Under the pieces are notes generated by a model. That model had not been told where the DNA came from. It did not search any database and worked only from the letters and a program-made list of their open reading frames with translations. 20,000 nucleotides of DNA from Paramecium tetraurelia (Eukaryota), in NCBI GenBank assembly GCA_000165425.1, contig CT868640.1, forward strand, positions 362,684 through 382,683. The letters are read 5' to 3'. Positions 12,700 through 20,000 of this stretch are shown here, one piece after another (position 1 is the first letter of the stretch; each line of letters opens with the position of its first letter). The translations under genes were made by a program, and so were the position numbers.

Positions 12700-13900
12700 G
12701 CAACATCATTAATATATTCTAGGTAAACGGTATTTAATAATGCAAGTGTTTTTTTAAGTTTACCTTTATAATAATTCTCTAGTATATTAATAATGATGTC
12801 AAATAAATTTATGGTTAAGGAACAAAACAATGAATAATAATCCAAAAAAGCCAATAAAACTGAAAGATTTATTTTAATGAAACCTTTATTATTATCCTGA
12901 TAACTTTAATTTATAGCGAAATTGCATGACAAAGTTAAGAGAAAGCAAACGTTCAATTAAAAACTTTTTTAAAATAAGATCGTTTACATATCATTTGAGC
13001 AGCAAACAAACTCCTTATTGTTTGTAAATTAAAACTTATAATCTATATTATCATGTAACCAAAATTTTAAAAGATACTCATTGCCTTGATCATAATACAT
13101 CTTTCAAGTTCTTCAATGAGTAAGTTAAAGCATATATCAAAGAGGAAAGAGCAAGAAGAGAACATTGGTGAATTCTCTTAACATCGTAAGCCATTGATAG
13201 TCAGATTGATAAAAATACAATAATCAATATAATCATTCTACAGCATATATTTCATCCTCAAGGAGCATTTCTAATTATCTTTCTAACATTAAAAAGGGTC
13301 CCATGTTCTAACCATGTTACAGAAAATAGATGAATCCATGAATAGAGAGACTATTCTTTTTTAAGCTTTAGTTTTTAAATAATCTGATCAATTCTGAAAA
13401 TGTATTCAAGTTTCCCCAATCTTCATTACAAAACCCCATCAGAGTGAAGAAAAATTTATTAACCTGCAAAGCTTGACTACATCCTAAAATAAAACTTTCT
13501 TGGATTATGACAAATACTTAATAGATTTTCCTGCCGGCGATCTTTAGAATAAAATAATTTGAAAGTATCAATAGAGCTTAAGGATTTTTTAGAAATTTTC
13601 AATGTAAAGTGGACCAGAGTCCCCCCCCTCCACTTTTAAAAGACTCCCAATACTTATTAAGTAAATGAGTGTTGATCACAAAAGTCTTTGGAAGATATCT
13701 TCTTATTGAACATCAAATTATTAGGAAAATAGTTTATGGTCTGAGAATTAAATAGATTTATTCTAAAATAAATTGTGATTCTAGTACCATAAAAGGAATT
13801 GTATGGAAATTTTGCTAAATCAAAATAATTTGGAGAGCTATTGCTGCGATACTGAGTAAAGTTTCTTCTTTATTTATCACTCAAATTTCTTAGATGATAC
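12700..13900 (-). mobile_element. Highly degenerate non-LTR retrotransposon reverse-transcriptase relic (frameshifted, with stops)
   Basis: Eroded RT motifs occur in canonical order on the minus strand: LMGF (13431-13442, ~QxGF), FIYF (13323-13334, ~FIDF), GLR.Q.NSPM.S...LFDICFNLLIEELE (13103-13192, ~GxxQGxPLSPxLFxI), YVNDLIL (12970-12990, ~YADDLxx), QNKS (~12864-12875, ~NxxKS) and KYR/YLE (~12717-12735, ~YKYLG with an indel). Recognised by eye only; boundaries are approximate. Confidence 0.5.
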
Positions 13901-14498
13901 TAAAAATTACAAACCTATTACAAGAAATTTATTTAATTTTTGAATGTTCTTTTGTTTATGTGAGTACCTTTATATTTTATGAAATAGCCTTAATCATCTT
14001 ATAACAATTTTATTTAATTGTTTACTCAATATTTCAAACTGAATTTCTTTCTCGACTAATATTTTGGCACTTGACACTATTTCTATTTTCATTCAAATAA
14101 TAGTTATTATTACCTAAACCTAATTATTGATTCAATTATTTATGCTACTTGAAGAATATATACAATTGTTTTTCAATATAAATTGAATTGTTAAATTTAA
14201 AAAATATTTTGAGCGTTTAGAAGATTGTTTAAATTGAGATAGATTCTATAGACATTCAATTTAAGTTTAGGGTTAATATTAATTTTAATCAATAAAAACT
14301 TATCTGCTTCGAACGAAGATCAAATCATAATTGATTTTCTATGAAGCAAAGTTCTAATAATAATTACTTCTGCGAATGTAAAAGGAATTTATCAGAAAAA
14401 TAATTCTAAAATTGAAGAATTTATATGCAGATATTCTTTTCATGTTACATTATACTGATTTGAAATTTCTAATTGTACTACAAATCAATATATTTAAT

Positions 14499-15353
14499 TC
14501 AAGAGGTTATAGTTGGAGGTACTTCATATACGGAGCGTTGTTTGCAAGCTGTTACCAATATAATAAAACCAAGTATGATAATGATGCCAATCAAAAATCC
14601 ATAAAAAATACTGAATAAACCAAAAGTGATTCCATAAAAAATACCTAACCACCCTTTCCACCCGTCTTTCGCAAAAGTGAATTATCTTCTTTTGGGTAAA
14701 AAACCGAAAATTAATGAAGCAAAGGCTACTACAAATTCACCAATAATTGAGAATAGCCAAAATATTCTTAATGCAGTTGAAGCTTCAATCTCTTCCTCAT
14801 ACTTACTCTTAATTATAAATAAATATATGATGACAATAATTGATCCAAGACATAAACCACAAGAAATATTCTTTAATCCTCCTTCTTTCTAATAATCTGG
14901 CTTCTTATTTTTTTAACAATTAGATAGAAATAATCCGAATACATTTATAAATAAATTTGTTCCAAAGAAGGTCAGTGTATAAAATTCAATAGTATATTCT
15001 TCTAAATTTGACTCTCCATTTGCAAGTAAATATGATATTGCTATTATTAATTAAAACATATCCATGTATTTATATCTCTATTCTCTTTTTTCAGTTTATG
15101 ATAGACCTTTTGAAAAATAAGGAAATTCACAAGTGATGACATAGACATGAAAAATAAACCATGCCCCCATTTATGCTATTAGTTCAAACCAAGTATAAGT
15201 ATTTAAATCTTTTACTATAATTGTGACAACAAAAAAAATTATTCTACATACCATACCAATCAAAATATTAACATCAAGCCTATCATCATCTAGAGTTCCT
15301 AGTAAGCAGGATAATATTGCATCTACAAAATCTATTATGTTGGTGTTTTTCAT
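14499..15353 (-). CDS. Uncharacterised polytopic membrane protein, 284 aa, intronless, about 6-7 hydrophobic segments
   Basis: ATG at 15353-15351, uninterrupted code-6 frame to TGA at 14501-14499. Hydrophobic stretches include ILIGMVCRIIFFVVTIIV, FYTLTFFGTNLFINVFGLFL, CGLCLGSIIVIIYLFII, IFWLFSIIGEFVVAFASLIFGFL and GWLGIFYGITFGLFSIFYGFLIGIIILGFIILV. Confidence 0.8.
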
Positions 15354-15479
15354 AACAAATTTGTTTTAAAAACTAATTATAAAAATATTTTATTTAGAAA
15401 TTTATAGTATAGTTATTATTCAGATTCTCAAATATTAATTTACTGATTTTAAAATAATAAATATAGAAGAAATAGTCAA

Positions 15480-15870
15480 AGATATTATAAAAAATCTGTC
15501 TAGGGATTATCAAATTAGGGTTTAGTTTTTGCTATCTAGCCACTACCTACCTAATAATATTACTATGGTCAGGCTAAGGAAGACTAACTGTAAATTTGGA
15601 GGTGGACGTTGCCATTGGCATGGAATTGTTTAATAGGCAGGGGATACATTAGGAATATGTTCTCTAATAAACAAAAACGGTATAATGCTTGAAATTTTCA
15701 TTCTCATAAAAAAACGAAAATGTATAAACTATTTAAAAATTAGATATATCAGAGGGAATAATTCCATTATGTAAATCATTTAAATTTGGCTTCAAAAAAA
15801 AATTATCAAGTCTACAAAATTGATCAACTTTTAAAAAATCCTAAAATTAATCAATTTATGAAAAAAATAA
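15480..15870 (+). mobile_element. Possible degenerate IS630-Tc1-mariner transposase fragment
   Basis: Locally GC-richer island. It reads KFGGG (15592-15606), then after a frameshift AWNCLIGRG (15618-15644, ~VWGCFSxxG), WLQKK (15787-15801) and NPKINQ (15837-15854, ~SPDLNP), in the order expected for the DDE domain. No terminal inverted repeats were found. Confidence 0.4.
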
Positions 15871-16269
15871 TAAATTCAAAAAAATTAAATTAATAAAGTG
15901 TCCAAAAAAAATAAAATTATTAATACTTCGATAATAGTTTTCAACAAAATTTTCAAGATAATTCTTTGACAACCTCAATAAAAACTTGCATTAAAAAAAA
16001 GACCAATATATCATAAAATAAAATTTAGTAAATGAAACAATATTAACTTAACAACAAATGAATTATGTAAATCATTATATTATTAAAATTATAAATGTAA
16101 AAGAAATTAATTCTTCTAAATTTAATTAGTATATAATCATATTTGTAACTTTTTTTTTATCTTCATTGACAAATTTTTATTTCAAATTTACTTGCTTCAT
16201 AATTGTTAATTTAAGTTTCAGTTTTAGGTGCTTCAAAATATTTGAAATTGCTAAATAGATCAATTAATT

Positions 16270-17620
16270 ATATAATACTGTGTGTTTAATATGCTGCACT
16301 TCATAGTAGATGAATAATCTTTAATTTCACCTGCACAAAACATATTTATGTTATTCATAAATTAATCATGTTTGTGTAAAACTTACAAAAGGTTAAGCAC
16401 TATAGTTAACAAATTCTATTTTTTTTATTTTTATGTGTGCTTAAGAATTTGATATTCAAACTAACTCTAAAAAAATGTTCTTGAAACTACTATTAAAACT
16501 CAGTTCTTAATATCAACCTTAAATATTCTTCATATCAATGTTATGCATATCTATACTGAATTTTTGTGCCATGTACACTTATTAATCTTGCGCAATCTTG
16601 TTTATGATAGTTATGCATACCTTTCTTGTAAAGTCAAATTTGATAATTCCTTAAGTGGTTCTTAAATATGAGAGATCATTAACAGAGATTTGTTTAATGT
16701 TAAGGTTGTACTACTTCATCAAAATATAGCTTGCAAAGCATGTAAATAATTTCAGTTATGAATTCCTTGACAATGTCTAAAATTGTTCAAATGCTCAGCA
16801 TAGATTGGGGTAACCCTGAAAGAGTTATAAATAATATAAATATCTGAACTGGTCTGCATATGGTAATAAGTATTTATATAATTACTCTAGATCATCCGAA
16901 TATTGATAGGTTGTAATTTAATAAATTATCAAATAAGAACACTTTATGATGTATAAGATAATCATCGAATAATTTAAGAATATATATCCAATTTGTTTTT
17001 ATATACTCTTGATTCAGAGTGAGAATTTTTACCACAATTGCAATCTCCAAATCACAACGTGATGTTCAACTAATGGCGAAAGAGTCTCCATTATCATTAT
17101 AATGTTCTGCGAAAGATTTCGAATGTTTGCCGTAGTTGTGTTAATTATCAGACAGTCCAAAGAGCACAATAATTAAAATGAGATTATTCTATTGTATGCA
17201 ACTTTATATGTATACTACTTAGATGCAAGTCGAAATGCATTATTGGACATTAAAATTAAATCATCATAGCAATTATTTCAAGCTATGATTATTGAAACTT
17301 TTTCATCAATATTTTAATTAGTGTAGCTTAATAACCAGTGTTAAAGTATATGACACAATCATGTTGCTTGAGTAAGTTAAAATTATGTATAATAATGATG
17401 ATTTCAAATATGAAGAACAAAAAAATTAATGAAAATATTTAGATTACGCTCTTAACTTATTTGCAAATGATCCAGATTAAATTAACATAAGTAGTCAATA
17501 AAGAAAAGTTAAAGAGAAATATAAGAATGTATATGTGACATATTAGAGGCTGTTCATGATAGTTATTGTGACATTAACAATGCAATGCTCGCGTGATCAA
17601 CATTAAGAAAGTTCGGATTG
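16270..17620 (+). pseudogene. Possible decayed Cys-rich (furin-like repeat) surface-protein gene
   Basis: Recurrent TGT/TGC-rich fragments (CKT.., ACKACK, QCLK..KC, VCRSCV, ECICD) in shifting frames with TGA stops. There is no continuous ORF. Confidence 0.3.
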
Positions 17621-17654
17621 AAGTACTTAATCAATATATAAATGTACTTAGACT

Positions 17655-18600
17655 GGCACTTGTCTTTTTAGTGGACCAATCTTCGACAGATAATACATTT
17701 TAGTTTATCCATTTCTTTTATTTTAAACATAGCTTGGGATGACTATCTAAAATGATTCTAGAAGATGTAAAATTGAGCATTCCATTTGTGCACCACTTGT
17801 TCCCTAAAGCACTCAACCTTCCTTTATTTTTAGTGGCAGCTTCAAACTGAACCAATGCTAAATTGATTTTGTTTCACTAATAGAAGTTGTATTACAATTT
17901 GAGATATTACTGTTTTTATACTGCTTTCTTTATAAAACCTGACATTGTTCTCTACTAATTTCCTGTCTAAGAAGTATTAATGAGTACATATGATGATGCG
18001 TCATACGATTTTTTTAGCACTGGTGCTTTGCATATTCAAACGCAGAGTTGCATTCTAATTTTGAACTTCCGACATTTACTAGCATGTTAATGATTATGAA
18101 AATGCGCATTGTAATTAATTTCTGACTTCGTTTTACTAAAGTAGATGTTGAGTAAATCAGCAATTTTTTGAAAAGGAATGTTAAAAGGTTCGTTAAAGAA
18201 AATATTCTTAAATCTAACACCACTTGCCAGCTATTCTAATATCAGAAGAAAATTATTAAATGAAAAAAAAATTTATAGAGCTAAGAATTAAGTTTTCACG
18301 AGTTCCATGAATTTTAACTAATACTCCGTGTGGCAGCGAGCTAAGTCTCGATTTCTCTACACAAATCGCTAACATAACGAAGCCCAAGCCAACCGGAACA
18401 AAAAATTTCTAAAAAAGTTTGGACTCGATGATGTCGATGTTTTGAATTGGGAGCACATTGGAAAGTTTAGATACTTCATATGGATCCCAAAGAACACAGG
18501 CTTAACAATTTAGTATAAACCTTTTTTTTCGAGATAGCCTATCTATCCTTGGAATCAAATAATTTGATAGTCCTCCAGTTTATATCCAACTTTATACTAA
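17655..18600 (-). pseudogene. Decayed ABCC/MRP-type ABC transporter fragment (TMD2 into NBD2)
   Basis: Ordered eroded motifs on the minus strand: REIETQLAATRS (18323-18358, ~RELKRLESxTRSP), KW/LDLRI (~18203-18225, ~RWLxxRL with a 2-nt indel), AFEY (~18032-18043), LKIKEG*VLQGTSGAQ (17786-17833, ~IKxGEKVGIVGRTGAGK, with an in-frame TGA at 17813-17815) and LSKIGPLKRQ (~17660-17689, ~ISKIGLxxLR). Confidence 0.45.
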
Positions 18601-18979
18601 CTTTCGGCGATAGATAAGAATAATTGAGTAAATAGGGTATTTAGCGTTAAAGGTTGGAGGGAATATATTAGCAAGAAGAAATTTAACAAAAGTAAATCTT
18701 TGGTTTAAACTAATTTTTATATTTTAATTCTTTTGATATTCTCGATAAATAAAGATGCATAACAAAAATTATGGTGAAATCTAGAGTTCGTGTCCAACTA
18801 TTCAAGACCATTGCATCTGAATTGAAAACTCCTAACCAAAACTTTCTATGCTGGGCTCACATTTATTAATCTTTAATGAGTTGTACCATATTTGTCTTTG
18901 AGATAAAGGTATAAATATATTTCCATAGCTTAAAATGTTATTTATCAACTTTGAACTACTAGGTTTAGCTAATTCTTGC

Positions 18980-19620
18980 TGTGATGATTATAGTTTATCA
19001 TAGGACAGCAAATAGGTTTCTTTGACTAAGAATTTTTATTCCCTTTGGATTGAAACAAAATTCAAAAATCATATGATTATGTAAAAGAATTTTTAATAAT
19101 AGAATACTATTTCATACAGACAGAAATAAAATGAATAATACACGCTTGATTCCTCAAGATTTCTATTTTTTAAGCTTGGAAATTATTAGGGAATTCAAAT
19201 GTTGACAAAGGTTGTTCAATTTCAATTTTAATATGCAAATAAAGTTCGAGCCTGTATCAATACAAAACAGCATCTTAATTTATCATGGCTTTGGCTATGG
19301 TCATATAAGCAGCTGATTTTACACTCAAAGATAATAATTTAGTACAATTTATAATAAAAATCAATTCCCAAGTGGCGAAAAAGCGGAATTCATGAATTAT
19401 AATGTTATTGATAATTATTTTTATTATTTTTATTTTATAGATAATAGTTGCTAATAATAGAGGTTATAGTATTATTGAAAATTTGGATCTACTTTTTTTG
19501 TACTAGAGATTGAAAGAGGATTCATTTCACAATCTCTTATTTTAATACTATGGATGATCTAATTTGTTTTAAAGTAAATAATTTATTTTGGAGTTCAATA
19601 ATCTACATATATGTTTTATA
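18980..19620 (+). pseudogene. Possible decayed fragment of a Paramecium-type WD40/beta-propeller family gene
   Basis: Fragments in mixed frames (YSLSQDSKQV, WKLLGNSNVDKGCSI, KFEPVSIQNSILIY, YYG*SN...LFW) resemble, from memory, the C-terminal half of an expanded Paramecium WD40 family. Weak evidence. Confidence 0.25.
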
Positions 19621-19946
19621 TTTACTGATTTGATTTAAAATAGAATATAAAGGATTCAGAATATTTATAAACACTAAAAATAAATTAAACTTTATTCCCG
19701 TTATTGATAATAAAATAAATAAATTACTTTAGAGGATATGATATTATTTATTCATTGATTTAATATTTAAATAATCACTATAGTTTTTTCTGTAATGGTT
19801 TAATCATAAACGACATTTATGATTTCAAGTGATGATGATTGTAGATTAATTTTTAAAGTGATAAGTTGTGGAATGCTATTTAAGACAGGAAGAGGCAACA
19901 TAATTCATTAATTAAGCATTATACGGAAAGATTATTCTTTTAGTAA

Positions 19947-20000
19947 GGGTTGGGGTTGGTTGGGGTTTGGTTAGGGTGGGTTTGGGTTGGTTTGGTTGGG
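19947..20000 (+). repeat. Telomeric repeat tract (G-strand), Paramecium-type mixed TTGGGG/TTTGGG with variants
   Basis: The tract reads GGG TTGGGG TTGG TTGGGG TTTGG TTAGGG TGGG TTTGGG TTGG TTTGG TTGGG. It runs to the window end after an abrupt transition from AT-rich DNA. Confidence 0.93.

Noticed and set aside
13621..13632. C8 run (CCCCCCCCTCCA) as an internal telomere seed or G4
   Set aside because: A single homopolymer without C4A2/C3A3 periodicity.
14412..14892. Plus-strand track ORFs 14412-14618 and 14677-14892
   Set aside because: They lie antisense to the intact 284-aa membrane gene and have no motifs of their own.
218..15353. Retained IESs or programmed frameshifts within the genes
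   Set aside because: Every frame change found in the intact genes is explained by a canonical 22-26-nt GT..AG intron. No TA-bounded insertion was needed.
15938..15966. FQQNFQDNS peptide resembling the Tc1 FQQDNA motif
   Set aside because: It lies downstream of the putative SPDLNP-like motif (wrong order) in extremely A-rich sequence, so it is probably chance.
18014..18223. 69-aa minus-strand ORF as a functional small gene
   Set aside because: It has a GTG start and is better explained as a piece of the decayed ABCC-like relic.
1..20000. Prokaryotic systems (CRISPR array, operon, retron or DGR), rRNA or tRNA genes
   Set aside because: The sequence is eukaryotic with spliceosomal introns and a telomere. 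No repeat-spacer array or structured RNA gene was seen, and the RT-like relic shows LINE-type motifs and is non-functional.

Overview
This is very AT-rich ciliate DNA, most consistent with the right end of a Paramecium macronuclear chromosome. TAA/TAG read as Gln and TGA is the only stop, introns are tiny (22-26 nt, GT..AG), and the window ends in a mixed T2G4/T3G3 telomere tract (19947-20000). The supplied ORF track uses the wrong genetic code and fragments or misses every real gene. Re-translation with code 6 gives five coding regions: (1) the 3' end of an unknown gene (2-151, +); (2) a GPN-loop GTPase of GPN2 type (218-1188, +, 2 introns); (3) a NEK-like pseudokinase lacking the VAIK, HRD and DFG motifs (1419-2859, -); (4) a ~2,820-aa surface/membrane protein with furin-like Cys repeats, a PMP/pectin-lyase-like beta-helix and a multi-TM C-terminus (~3965-12552, -, at least 5 introns); (5) an intact, intronless 284-aa polytopic membrane orphan with a glycine zipper (14499-15353, -). 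The last ~7 kb before the telomere looks like a graveyard of eroded sequences. I recognise these by eye from ordered, degenerate motifs, with moderate to low confidence: a non-LTR reverse transcriptase, a Tc1/mariner transposase, a Cys-rich surface protein, an ABCC transporter and a WD40-type gene. No rRNA, tRNA or CRISPR was seen.
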